Position numbers and translations under genes: made by a program. This document shows, one piece after another, positions 17,738-27,674 of a stretch of DNA of 64,000 nucleotides. The notes under the pieces are model-generated. The model was not told the DNA's origin and made no database searches. It worked only from the letters and a program-made list of their open reading frames with translations. Source of the DNA: an uncultured Candidatus Binatia bacterium (GTDB taxonomy: Bacteria; Desulfobacterota; Binatia; Bin18). The stretch covers positions 3,265,587 through 3,329,586 of the forward strand of contig OZ251505.1 in the NCBI GenBank assembly GCA_965242795.1. The letters are read 5' to 3'. Position 1 is the stretch's first letter. Every line of letters starts with the position of its first letter.

Positions 17738-18280
17738 ATGCCTTCGCCTCGACCCATTCAGAAGCTAAAGCAGCTTCTGGTCGAAGGGAAAGATCAACAA
17801 AATTTTTTCGAAGCGTTTCTCGATCATATTCATGATAGAAACGTACAAGTCCAAGATTTTGGCGGGGTTCAAGAGTTGCGCAGATTTTTGCTCGCATTCG
17901 TCAATATGCCAGAATTTGGTACAGTTGAAAGTGTTGGCATTGTGCGCGACGCAGAAGATGATGCAAATGGGGCGTGGCAAAGCGTTCGATCAGCACTCGA
18001 AAACGTGAAGATGCCAGTTCCAGAGCACGCTGGACAACGCAACGTCGGGAAGCCAGGTGTAAGCGTGTTCATTCTGCCCGGTGACAACCAACCGGGCATG
18101 CTAGAAACCCTGTTGAACCAATCATTCGCAGGCGAACCGGTGAACGGCTGCATCATACGTTCTTTCAGTGCGTCGAGGATCTGCCGAACCAGCGGACTCA
18201 GCGACCCGATAAGGCACGCGCGCACGCCTATCTTGTCACCCGGCCAGAACCCCATGTTTCGGTCGGCGTGGCGGCGATGA
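17738..18280 (+). CDS. Small Toprim-like protein (LLVEGKD motif), partner of the upstream ATPase; possible DUF4276/DUF3226-type
   Basis: Starts 2 nt after the ATPase stop. N-terminus …KQLLVEGKDQQNFFEAFL… resembles the Toprim EGxD acidic motif of OLD/Gabija/PARIS effectors. The C-terminal ~45 aa in this frame are Arg-rich low complexity, while the +1 frame reads more protein-like (…HAYLVTRPEPHVSVGVAAMKGYWDLAHSVF…), so a frameshift near ~18135 is possible. Confidence 0.5.
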   Translation: MPSPRPIQKLKQLLVEGKDQQNFFEAFLDHIHDRNVQVQDFGGVQELRRFLLAFVNMPEFGTVESVGIVRDAEDDANGAWQSVRSALENVKMPVPEHAGQRNVGKPGVSVFILPGDNQPGMLETLLNQSFAGEPVNGCIIRSFSASRICRTSGLSDPIRHARTPILSPGQNPMFRSAWRR

Positions 18281-18426
18281 AGGGATACTGGGATCTGGCC
18301 CATTCGGTGTTCGGCCCTCTCCGCTCTTTTTTGACGGAATTGTAAAACCTCTCGCCAGTCCGATAGGCTAGAACACCAATAAATTACATACAACGCGGTC
18401 GTGAAGTCAGGCTTCCCTCATCATAT

Positions 18427-18475
18427 CTGCGCAAGCTGGTATCCATGTCCTGGATTCCCGCTTCCGCGGGAATGA
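18427..18475. repeat. REP-like palindromic element (family gtcattcc-[stem-loop]-ggaatcc), copy 1
   Basis: …ggtatccatgtcctggattcccgcttccgcgggaatgacg… with the perfect inverted repeat ttcccgc-ttcc-gcgggaa. Spurious translations of this element give 'IPAFAGMT'-type peptides. Confidence 0.6.
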
Positions 18476-18533
18476 CGAGCTGACGGGATCGTCAAGCAGG
18501 CCATTCCCAAACATGAGCCGCAGCAGGGTACCG

Positions 18534-19205
18534 CTACACCATACGATATTCTTCGGTGAGCAGCGTTACGATGCTGTCGGGATCGACGAAGTGCGCCGCG
18601 TCGGGTTGGACGGCGTCGCGGTATGCGGGCGACGCCAGAGCATAGTGCAAATCGGCGAGGCTGTCGAACCAGAGTGCGGCTGCGCCATCCCAGGTCGGTG
18701 CGCTCCCATCCGCCGCGGGCACGGCATGGCATTGCACGTAGCGGCGCAACCCCGGCAGTTTGACCGCCAGCGGGCCGTGCACGTCTTTCCAGTAGCGGGA
18801 GAAGGCTTCGCGGCTCATGCCCGGTTTGCGTTTGAGGAACGAGATGCGCTTGAGGAGCGGAGGGGAACTGTCGGGCAGGTCGCCGTCGAGCAGGACTTCG
18901 TCGCGGGCAGTCAGCCGCAACACGTGCATTATGTCCACGAAAGTGAATTCGTCCACGTACGCGCCGTTGCGGTAGGCATGGCTGGCGAAAGCGACTTTGA
19001 GGGCGTTTCGGTCGTCCATCCAGACTTCGACGACCCCGTCGTAGGCTTGGCTGCGGCTCAACACGCTCGGGCTGTGGTTCTGCACGTAGCCGCGCAGGCC
19101 GGGGATGCGCCGCGCCAGCGGAGCGTGCACCTCGCGCCAGTGGCGGGAGAACTCCTCGCGGGACAGGCCGTCCTTGCGTTTGATGGCCATCAACAGGTGG
19201 ATCAT
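18534..19205 (-). CDS. Tandem EthD-domain protein
   Basis: MIHLLMAIKRKDGLSREEFSRHWREVHAPLA… and a second repeat …SFLKRKPGMSREAFSRYWKDVHGPLAV… (two EthD-like halves, 223 aa). The start overlaps the stop of the upstream gene (ATGA). Track ORF 18534..19976 is an over-extended artefact. Confidence 0.7.
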   Translation of the reverse strand: MIHLLMAIKRKDGLSREEFSRHWREVHAPLARRIPGLRGYVQNHSPSVLSRSQAYDGVVEVWMDDRNALKVAFASHAYRNGAYVDEFTFVDIMHVLRLTARDEVLLDGDLPDSSPPLLKRISFLKRKPGMSREAFSRYWKDVHGPLAVKLPGLRRYVQCHAVPAADGSAPTWDGAAALWFDSLADLHYALASPAYRDAVQPDAAHFVDPDSIVTLLTEEYRMV

Positions 19206-20116
19206 GACGAAGTTCCTTCGAAGGCGCCGGACTCCACGTCCCGGATGAAGCGCACGAGGTCGCCGAAGTAGGCGTCCTGGTCGTCGTACATGGCGCAGTG
19301 GCTGCCGTTTTCGCACATGGACAGCCGCGCGTTCGGGATGTCCGCGGCCATGCGTTCCATTTCCGCGGGCCGCATGGTGTCGTGGCGCGCCCCCGCAACC
19401 AGGGTCGGACAGCGGATGCGGCCGAGGTCGGCCCAGCGGTCCCAGTCCTTGAAGGTCCCCGTGATGACGAATTCGTTGGGGCCTTGCATGGTGTGATAGA
19501 CCGGCTTGGCCAAGTGCTTGAACATGCGCACCAGCGGTTCGGGCCACGGATCGACCCGGCAGATGTGTCGGCTGTAGATGTTCGCCAGCAACGTCCGTTC
19601 GTACTCCGGCGCGTCGTAGTCGCCGGCGGCTTCGTATCGTTCGAGAATTCGCAGCACCTCGGCCGGCTGCTTCGCACGCAACTCGTTGACGTGCGCCACG
19701 TAGGCCGGAATGCTGGCCGTCATGTTGGAGATGACGAGCCCCTTGATGTGCGCCTGGTATTTCAGCGCGTATTCGATCCCCAGCAACCCGCCCCAGGAAT
19801 GGCCCAGCAGATAGAAGGCGTCGAGCCCCAAGGCCAAGCGGACCTGTTCGACTTCTTCCCGAAACCGCTCGACCGTCCACAGGCTGGTGTCGTCCGGCTG
19901 GTCGGAATACGCGGATCCGAGCTGATCGTAGTAGATGATCTGGATGTCGTGCTGGGGCAGGAAGTCCTCGAAACACTCGAAATACTCATGCGTGCAGCCG
20001 GGGCCGCCGTGCAGGGTCAGCAGCGGAATCGAGCCCGTGCCGACCCGCTTGGTCCAGACGGTGTAGCCGCCGTCGATCTGTACGAGTTGCACCCCGCCGG
20101 TTTTGACGCTTGGCAT
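19202..20116 (-). CDS. Proline iminopeptidase-family alpha/beta hydrolase
   Basis: Start at MPSVKTGGVQLVQIDGGYTVW…; nucleophile elbow LLGHSWGG; ~304 aa; typical prolyl aminopeptidase architecture. Confidence 0.75.
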   Translation of the reverse strand: MPSVKTGGVQLVQIDGGYTVWTKRVGTGSIPLLTLHGGPGCTHEYFECFEDFLPQHDIQIIYYDQLGSAYSDQPDDTSLWTVERFREEVEQVRLALGLDAFYLLGHSWGGLLGIEYALKYQAHIKGLVISNMTASIPAYVAHVNELRAKQPAEVLRILERYEAAGDYDAPEYERTLLANIYSRHICRVDPWPEPLVRMFKHLAKPVYHTMQGPNEFVITGTFKDWDRWADLGRIRCPTLVAGARHDTMRPAEMERMAADIPNARLSMCENGSHCAMYDDQDAYFGDLVRFIRDVESGAFEGTSS

Positions 20117-20280
20117 GGCTCCACTCCTTACGGTCGTCGGCACGCGGCAAGCAGGGTTCCGTAGAATGCCTGACACACGCGCGCACTTTGCGTGAAGTCG
20201 ATCAAAAACCCCTCTTCGTTCGGGCGTGTCGCCTTCCAGTCACGAAAGTGTTCTTCGGTACAGAAGAACTGTACGCGCGG

Positions 20281-20895
20281 TCAAAACCCGTCGAGCACGT
20301 GGGGGGCGGCGCGGTCCGCTTCGGTGAATACCGGGTCCCATTCGCGCAGCGTGCGGGCGATCGGCGTCGGGCTGACTGCGCCGTCGTCGGTGATCGTCAA
20401 GTCGAACTCGATGTCGGCCTTGCACTGCCCGCATTCGGAAAACACCCTGGCTCGCGTTCCCGGCCCATGCACGATGGGGATGGCAATCGCCCCGCCCGCT
20501 CACATGGCGTATAGCCGCGGCTGTCCGTCAAGCTGGACTCGATGGGGGCAGCGGACGTCCGAGAACGGATAGAACGCGATGACCGTGCCGCTCTCGTATT
20601 TGACGATGTCGCGCGCGTTGAGCCGTTCGAGCGTTCCTTGCGCTTCGGTCAGGGGCAGGCCGGCTCGTTCGGCGACTTCGGTCGCGGTGGGGCCGCGGCC
20701 AAGTATAGAAAAGGAGTCGATGATTGCCAGGCAGACGCGCCGGACCTCCGGCGGCATCGTGTCCTCAAAACGCAGCCGGGCGTCGAGCAGAGGTTGCAGA
20801 TAGGCGGCGAACCCGGGCGGGTAGGCGTGCGGGGACAAACGCATGACGGCCTCCTTATCGCCGGTAGTGTTGCCACACGCCGGAGCGGGCGACAA
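20281..20895 (-). CDS. MerB-like (organomercurial lyase family) protein interrupted by an in-frame TGA at the catalytic-Cys position; selenocysteine candidate or pseudogene
   Basis: Track ORFs 20500..20895 and 20281..20472 are in the same frame, separated by one TGA. N-terminal HTH-like region then …DGQPRLYAM-[TGA]-AGGAIAIPIVHGPGTRARVFSECGQC…, which aligns with MerB …DDRRLYAW-C96[21 protein letters not shown]…. The MerB alignment is from memory. Confidence 0.45.
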
Positions 20896-20947
20896 GCGCG
20901 GCGCTTCCCCCTTGACGGGTCCGCGGCTTCAGGATTAGGGGAGCCGC

Positions 20948-21748
20948 ATGTCTCAACCTCCCGCCACGGCGTCGGGCCAATCGTGGGACCCGGAACGCTA
21001 CGCCCGCAGCGCGCGGTTCGTAGCCGACTTGGGGGCTCCGCTGATCGAGATGCTCGACCCGCGGCCGGGCGACCGCATTCTCGACCTCGGCTGTGGCGAC
21101 GGCGTGCTGACCGAGAAACTGGCCGCGGCTTGTCGAGGAACGGGACCCGCCGCTGTGGGCGGCGTCATCGGAATCGACAGCAGCCCGGCCCAAGTCGAGG
21201 CGGCGCGGAAACGCGGGCTGGACGTGCACGTCGGCGACGGCCAACGCTTGGCCTACACCGATGCATTCGACGCCGTGTTCAGCAACGCCGCGCTGCATTG
21301 GATGCCGGACGGCGACGCGGTCCTGGCCGGGGTCTGGCGGGCGCTCAAGCCGGGCGGTCGTTTCGTGGCCGAGTGTGGTGGCGCCGGCAACGTCACGATC
21401 ATCGTGTCCGCGGTGTCCCGCGTCCTGCGCGATCTCGGGAGAGACCCGGAACCGCTCAACCCGTGGGTGTTTCCGGCGCCCGACGAGTACGCTCGACAAC
21501 TTGCTGCGCACGGCTTCGCGGTTGATTCCATCAAACTGATCCCGCGGCCGACCCGCCTGCCGGGCGACATCGGCGAGTGGCTGGAAATGTTCGCCGCCAG
21601 CTTTCTGGACACCGTCCCTCCCGCAGAGCGGGGCACGTGCATCGCCCGCATCCGAGACCTCCTGCGCCCCGAATTGTGCGACGCGGACGGCGTGTGGACC
21701 GCCGATTACGTGCGCCTGCGCTTTGCTGCCCATAAGCCGCGGCCATGA
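20948..21748 (+). CDS. Class I SAM-dependent methyltransferase (trans-aconitate/Tam-like)
   Basis: Motif I ILDLGCGDGVLT; post-I acidic residue; 266 aa. Confidence 0.8.
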   Translation: MSQPPATASGQSWDPERYARSARFVADLGAPLIEMLDPRPGDRILDLGCGDGVLTEKLAAACRGTGPAAVGGVIGIDSSPAQVEAARKRGLDVHVGDGQRLAYTDAFDAVFSNAALHWMPDGDAVLAGVWRALKPGGRFVAECGGAGNVTIIVSAVSRVLRDLGRDPEPLNPWVFPAPDEYARQLAAHGFAVDSIKLIPRPTRLPGDIGEWLEMFAASFLDTVPPAERGTCIARIRDLLRPELCDADGVWTADYVRLRFAAHKPRP

Positions 21749-21880
21749 GAGAAACGGGGCGGAGCAGGCGCCGCGGTCGGGACGACCTGCATCACGAGAC
21801 CGATCCGATTCCAACGAAAGGGAATGATAGACAAGACGATCCTTCGCCTGTTTCCCCCATCATACCTGTTCTCCCTCGTC

Positions 21881-21937
21881 ATACCTGCGAAAGCAGGTAT
21901 CCATGCCCTCGATTTCCGTTTCCGCGGAAATGACGGT
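21881..21937. repeat. REP-like palindromic element, copy 2
   Basis: cgtcatacctgcgaaagcaggtatccatgccctcgatttccgtttccgcggaaatgacgg with two inverted repeats (acctgc-gaaa-gcaggt; ttccg-tttc-cgcggaa). Lies upstream of the GST gene. Confidence 0.6.
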
Positions 21938-21994
21938 CGGGTGGAATCGTCTCGTCTGTCATTCCCCAACGAAACGACCCAAGGAGGAAACCGC

Positions 21995-22669
21995 ATGATT
22001 ACGCTGTACACGGCCTCGACTCCGAACGGCTGGAAGGCGTCCATTACGCTCGAAGAACTAGGGCTCGACTACACGGTTCGGCCCATCGATCTGACCAAGG
22101 GCCAACAGAAAGAGGACTGGTTCGTCGCCATCTGTCCCAACGGACGCATCCCGGCCATCGTCGATCACGACAACGGCGACTTCGCGGTGTTCGAGACCGG
22201 GGCGATCATGGTCTATCTGGCGGAGAAGACCGGCCGGCTCATGCCCGCGGACGCCAAGGGCCGCTCGCTCGTCATGCAGTGGCTGATGTTCCAGATGGGC
22301 GGCATCGGCCCGATGATGGGGCAGGCCAACGTGTTCTACCGCTACGCGCCGGAGAAGATTCCCTTTGCCATCGACCGCTACCAGCGCGAGGGGCGGCGGC
22401 TGTTCGAGGTGCTCGACGCGCGGCTCAGGGATCACGAATACCTGGCCGGCGCGTACTCGATTGCCGACATCGCCAACTGGAGTTGGGTGCACACCTATAA
22501 ATGGTCCGGCATTCGGGCGGACGGCTTGCCCCATCTCAAACGGTGGCGGGATGCGATTCGCGCCCGTCCCGCGGTGGAGCGCGGTCGGGCCGTGCCGGAA
22601 CCCTTGGAGTTGGAGAACGAGGACAAGAAAGACACGTTCGTCGAGGGTGCCCGGAAGATGCTGTCGTAG
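21995..22669 (+). CDS. Glutathione S-transferase family protein
   Basis: [26 protein letters not shown]…[29 protein letters not shown] (thioredoxin-like N-domain; the I-P-A motif is cis-Pro). RBS aaggaggaaaccgcATG. Confidence 0.8.
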   Translation: MITLYTASTPNGWKASITLEELGLDYTVRPIDLTKGQQKEDWFVAICPNGRIPAIVDHDNGDFAVFETGAIMVYLAEKTGRLMPADAKGRSLVMQWLMFQMGGIGPMMGQANVFYRYAPEKIPFAIDRYQREGRRLFEVLDARLRDHEYLAGAYSIADIANWSWVHTYKWSGIRADGLPHLKRWRDAIRARPAVERGRAVPEPLELENEDKKDTFVEGARKMLS

Positions 22670-22771
22670 GGCGCATGAGAAACGTTTAATCCGCGTCTCA
22701 TCGTCCTCTCACATGGAGTGTGTATATCCTTCGTCGAAGCCCAAGAACGCTGTGCAAGAAGGAGGTACACG

Positions 22772-24322
<1,551 letters not shown>

Positions 24323-24336
24323 ATGTCGGGGCGTGG

Positions 24337-24355
24337 GGCGGGATAACCTCCCGCC
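24337..24355 (+). terminator. Candidate intrinsic terminator after the degP-like gene
   Basis: ggcggga-taacc-tcccgcc: perfect 7-bp GC stem, followed by …tcgtcagatatgtatcggtttgaaatttcc (moderately U-rich). Confidence 0.3.
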
Positions 24356-24406
24356 TCGTCAGATATGTATCGGTTTGAAATTTCCCTGGTTGGCACGTCT
24401 TTTCCC

Positions 24407-24480
24407 CGTCACTCCTGTGCAACTCCCGTCATTCTCTGTGCATTTTTCTCGTCATTCCTGTGAAAACAGGAATCCCAGGG
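24407..24480. repeat. REP-like element cluster (three tandem gtcaytcyytgtg units ending in the palindrome ttcctgtg-aaaa-cacaggaa-like stem), copy 3 of the family
   Basis: cgtcactcctgtgcaactcccgtcattctctgtgcatttttctcgtcattcctgtgaaaacaggaatcccagggg. Same gtcattcc…ggaatccagg architecture as copies 1 and 2, with compensatory stem changes. Confidence 0.5.
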
Positions 24481-24712
24481 GAACGACACTCCCACTTTCG
24501 ACGAACGCCAACCTGTAGGAGATGTTCGCCTTTCCCCTCTCCCCCGGATCGAGTCCGGGGGAGGCTCCAACCCGCTCCCACCAGGGGATGAAAAATGCCG
24601 AGAAGACGCTCTCAGGCTCAGAGATCATATCCCGGCGTTGCCATTCGTTGCGGAAACGTCGTACAGACAAGCGGCGGACAGCACAACGAAGGAAAGAAAA
24701 GGAGTACTCGCT

Positions 24713-25609
24713 ATGCAAACGTCATTCCGGCCTCGCATCACCCCGGAAAACCGGACGAAGCCCCATTCCAAGTCTTTGGCCACATTCTGTGCCGCGTTCG
24801 TCATCGCCCTCCTGACGTTGAATCCAGGTGCGCACGTCAACGCGGATGAGCATGACCCCGCGGTGGATCCGGTCCTGCAGGCCGCTATCAACGGCGACCA
24901 CCGCGCTGCCGAGAACAAGGCGCGCGATGAGTACCGGCATCCGGCCGAAACGCTGACGTGGCTGGGAGTCGAGCCCGACATGACCGTCGTCGAGATCTGG
25001 CCGTCGCGGGGCTGGTACACGGAAATTCTCGCCCCGTATCTCCGCGACAACGGCAAGCTGTACCTGGCCGGCTTCGACCGGACGTCCGACCGGGACTACG
25101 TGAAGAAGACCTTGAAGATTCTGGACGACAAGCTGGCCGCGGCGCCCGAAGTGTACGGCACGCCGGCCATGACGGAACTGTCGCCGCCGGACAAGGTGGA
25201 GATCGCGCCCGCGGGATCGGTCGACATGGTGCTCACGTTCCGCAACGTACACAACTGGATGACCGCCGGCACCGCGGACGCCGTGTTTGCGGCCATGTAC
25301 GCGGCGCTCAAGCCGGGCGGCGTGCTGGGCTTGGTCGAGCACCGCGGGGATCCGGACGTCGAACAGGATCCGCAAGCCGAGTCCGGCTACGTGACCGAGG
25401 CGGCCACCATTCGGATGGCGGAAAAGGCGGGCTTCGCCCTCGTGGACAGCACCGAGATCAACGCCAACCCCAAGGACACGCGCGACCATCCGTCGGGCGT
25501 GTGGACGCTGCCGCCGGTGCTCCGGCTGGGGGATCAAGACCGCGAGAAATATCTGGCGATCGGCGAGAGCGACCGCATGACGCTCAAGTTCCAGAAGCCG
25601 GCGGAGTGA
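24713..25609 (+). CDS. Secreted/periplasmic class I SAM-dependent methyltransferase
   Basis: Signal peptide (…LATFCAAFVIALLTLNPGAHVNA); Rossmann motif …VVEIWPSRGWYTEILAP…; 298 aa from the ATG at 24713 (RBS ggaaagaaaaggag). Confidence 0.65.
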   Translation: MQTSFRPRITPENRTKPHSKSLATFCAAFVIALLTLNPGAHVNADEHDPAVDPVLQAAINGDHRAAENKARDEYRHPAETLTWLGVEPDMTVVEIWPSRGWYTEILAPYLRDNGKLYLAGFDRTSDRDYVKKTLKILDDKLAAAPEVYGTPAMTELSPPDKVEIAPAGSVDMVLTFRNVHNWMTAGTADAVFAAMYAALKPGGVLGLVEHRGDPDVEQDPQAESGYVTEAATIRMAEKAGFALVDSTEINANPKDTRDHPSGVWTLPPVLRLGDQDREKYLAIGESDRMTLKFQKPAE

Positions 25610-25621
25610 TGGAGAGGGGAA

Positions 25622-25894
25622 CTACTCGTTCAGAGCGGCACGCAAGTCTTCGCGGAGCGCGTAGACTTGCGTGCCGCCCAGCGTCAGGGACGGCTGCACG
25701 AAATAGTCCCGATGCTCCAAGAGATAGGTATGGACCGTCTCGGCAGGTAAACCGGAATCCCGGGCAATTCCGCCGGATGTGCGCCACGATGAGCCCGGGT
25801 CGCGAAAGGCTTGTACGATTTTTGCGCCTACGGGGTCTGCAAACGGTCTGTCCATGATCAGCGGTCCTGTGAAGGGGGGTGGTCGATGAGGCAA
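25622..25894 (-). CDS. Hypothetical small protein
   Basis: 90-aa ORF with ordinary composition; no motif recognised. Confidence 0.25.
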   Translation of the reverse strand: MPHRPPPFTGPLIMDRPFADPVGAKIVQAFRDPGSSWRTSGGIARDSGLPAETVHTYLLEHRDYFVQPSLTLGGTQVYALREDLRAALNE

Positions 25895-26211
25895 TCGGCT
25901 CTCACTCGCGCCCTTACCACTTCCTCGATCGTGTCCGAGAATGCGGTACTATTGATGATCTCCTTCAGTTCCGCCACGTCGTGGTAGAGATGACTTGGCC
26001 GCCATATCGTAATGATGGCGACCAGTACGACGACGATTGCAAATAACGTCGCCATTATCAAGAATGCATAGAATTGGTGGGCCGGGGTCATTTCGGAATT
26101 GACGATAACGACACCCAAAACCGCTTCGATGACCAGAAGCGCCAAAGCGAAGAAGATTAGAGGATTCTTGACCTGTGCCAACACCTCGCTCCGGCTTTGC
26201 GTTTCTGACAT
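25858..26211 (-). CDS. Small membrane protein (two TM helices), hypothetical
   Basis: …LIFFALALLVIEAVLGVVIV… and …FLIMATLFAIVVVLVAIITIW…; locally lower GC. Confidence 0.4.
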   Translation of the reverse strand: MSETQSRSEVLAQVKNPLIFFALALLVIEAVLGVVIVNSEMTPAHQFYAFLIMATLFAIVVVLVAIITIWRPSHLYHDVAELKEIINSTAFSDTIEEVVRARVRADCLIDHPPSQDR

Positions 26212-26244
26212 TCGGCTGGCCTCGATGAGCGTGCAGCAAGGTTA

Positions 26245-26724
26245 CTACGAGTGCTCGTCCGCGGTGGCGGCCGCGGCGTCCTGCACCGCGGCGACGATGC
26301 TGGCGTAGCCGGTGCAGCGGCACAGGTTGCCGGCGATGCCGTGCCGGATTTCCGCCTCGCTTGGATTGGGGTTCTCCTCCAGCAAGCGCCGTACCGACAG
26401 CACCATGCCGGGCGTACAGAAGCCGCATTGCAAGGCGTGGCGCGCGACGAACGCCTCCTGAATGGGATGCAGGCCGTCCGGCCCGCTCAGCCCTTCGATC
26501 GTGGTCACGCCCGAATCGGATACGTCCCCGGCCAGGATCGTGCACGATTTGACCGTCAGGCCGTCCAGCACCACGGTACACGCGCCGCAGTTGCCCGTCG
26601 TACAGCCGACGTGCGTACCGGTCAGCCCGAGTTCGTCGCGCAGGAAGTCGGCCAACAGGGTGCGCGCGTCCACCTCGGCCGTACGCGGCTCGTCGTTCAC
26701 GGTCAGTCGGACGGGGATTCGCAT
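26245..26724 (-). CDS. Molybdo-hydroxylase small subunit, (2Fe-2S)-binding (CoxS/XdhC-type)
   Basis: Plant-type cluster motif CTTGNCGACTV and a second cluster …CGFCTPGM…C.C.GY. 159 aa. Confidence 0.9.
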   Translation of the reverse strand: MRIPVRLTVNDEPRTAEVDARTLLADFLRDELGLTGTHVGCTTGNCGACTVVLDGLTVKSCTILAGDVSDSGVTTIEGLSGPDGLHPIQEAFVARHALQCGFCTPGMVLSVRRLLEENPNPSEAEIRHGIAGNLCRCTGYASIVAAVQDAAAATADEHS

Positions 26725-26789
26725 GGACGCGGGTCCTTTCGATTAGTGGGATGGGTTTGGGAGTGAGGCCGAGGACACCGCCAAGTCGC

Positions 26790-27674
26790 TCAGGTTGCTC
26801 GCTTCAGTGCCGCGGCGACCGCCCGGCGGGTGAAGACGCGGATCATCTCGCGTTTGTAATCCGCGGCGGCGTGCAATTCGGCCACCGGGTCGCGCGCCGC
26901 AGCGTAGGCCGCGGAGGCGACTTCGTCCAACCACGCGTCGTCCGGGGTCCGGCCCTGCATTCGGTCCTCGACCGCGCTGACGCGCAACGGGATCGCGGCG
27001 CCGCCGCACAGGCTGATACGCACCGACCGTAGCGTTCCATCCGGGCTCAGTGAGACGGAGGCTGCTACCCCGACGATCGCGAAGCCGCCTTCGACGCGGG
27101 TGAACTTCCGGTACGCCATGCCGCTGCCCGACGCGGGGACGGGCACGCGAACCTCCGTCAACACTTCATCCTCGGCCAAGCTGGTCGTCATGTAGTCGAC
27201 GAAGAAATCTTGCACGGCGACGCTCCTCTCACCGTCCGGGCCGGTCAGACGCATTTCGGCGTCGAGGAGCAACAGCACGGCCGGATAGTCCGCGGCCGGG
27301 TCGCAATGGCCTAGCGATCCGCCCAGCGTGCCCCGGTTGCGGACCTGAACGTCGCCGATACCGGCCGCGGCCTCGGCCAGAATGGGACAGCGCGTTTGGA
27401 CCAGGTCGGACGCGGCCAACTGTGCATGCGTGGTCCGCGCGCCGATGGCCAGCGTCCCTCCATCCGTATCGTGGCGGATGGAGTCGAGGCCGGCGACGTG
27501 ATTGAGGCTCACGATGTGCGCCGGCATCGCCAGTCCCAGGTTGAGCGCGGGCAGCAGCGATTGCCCGCCGGCCAGCAGCTTTGCGTCCTGCCCGCGGCGC
27601 CGGCAGTCGGCCAATACCCGGACGGCTTCGTCAATCGTGCGGGGGGTGTGCAGATCGAACGGCGCCCGGATCAT
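26790..27674 (-). CDS. Molybdo-hydroxylase medium subunit, FAD-binding (CoxM-type)
   Basis: …LLAGGQSLLPALNLGL… FAD-binding PCMH-type fold; 294 aa; overlaps the large-subunit stop by 4 nt. Confidence 0.85.
   Translation of the reverse strand: MIRAPFDLHTPRTIDEAVRVLADCRRRGQDAKLLAGGQSLLPALNLGLAMPAHIVSLNHVAGLDSIRHDTDGGTLAIGARTTHAQLAASDLVQTRCPILAEAAAGIGDVQVRNRGTLGGSLGHCDPAADYPAVLLLLDAEMRLTGPDGERSVAVQDFFVDYMTTSLAEDEVLTEVRVPVPASGSGMAYRKFTRVEGGFAIVGVAASVSLSPDGTLRSVRISLCGGAAIPLRVSAVEDRMQGRTPDDAWLDEVASAAYAAARDPVAELHAAADYKREMIRVFTRRAVAAALKRAT

Noticed and set aside
18421-19976. Long minus-strand ORFs 18421..19677 (418 aa) and 18534..19976 (480 aa)
   Set aside because: The 418-aa ORF is an Arg-rich antisense artefact. 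The 480-aa ORF is an upstream over-extension of the 223-aa tandem-EthD gene, and its N-terminal 250 aa are low complexity. The real start is at MIHLLMAIK, overlapping the preceding gene's stop.
24407-24480. Possible CRISPR array (three closely spaced similar repeats)
   Set aside because: Units are ~20 bp, imperfect, directly abutting with no unique spacers, and belong to the REP-like palindrome family seen at two other loci. No cas genes are nearby.
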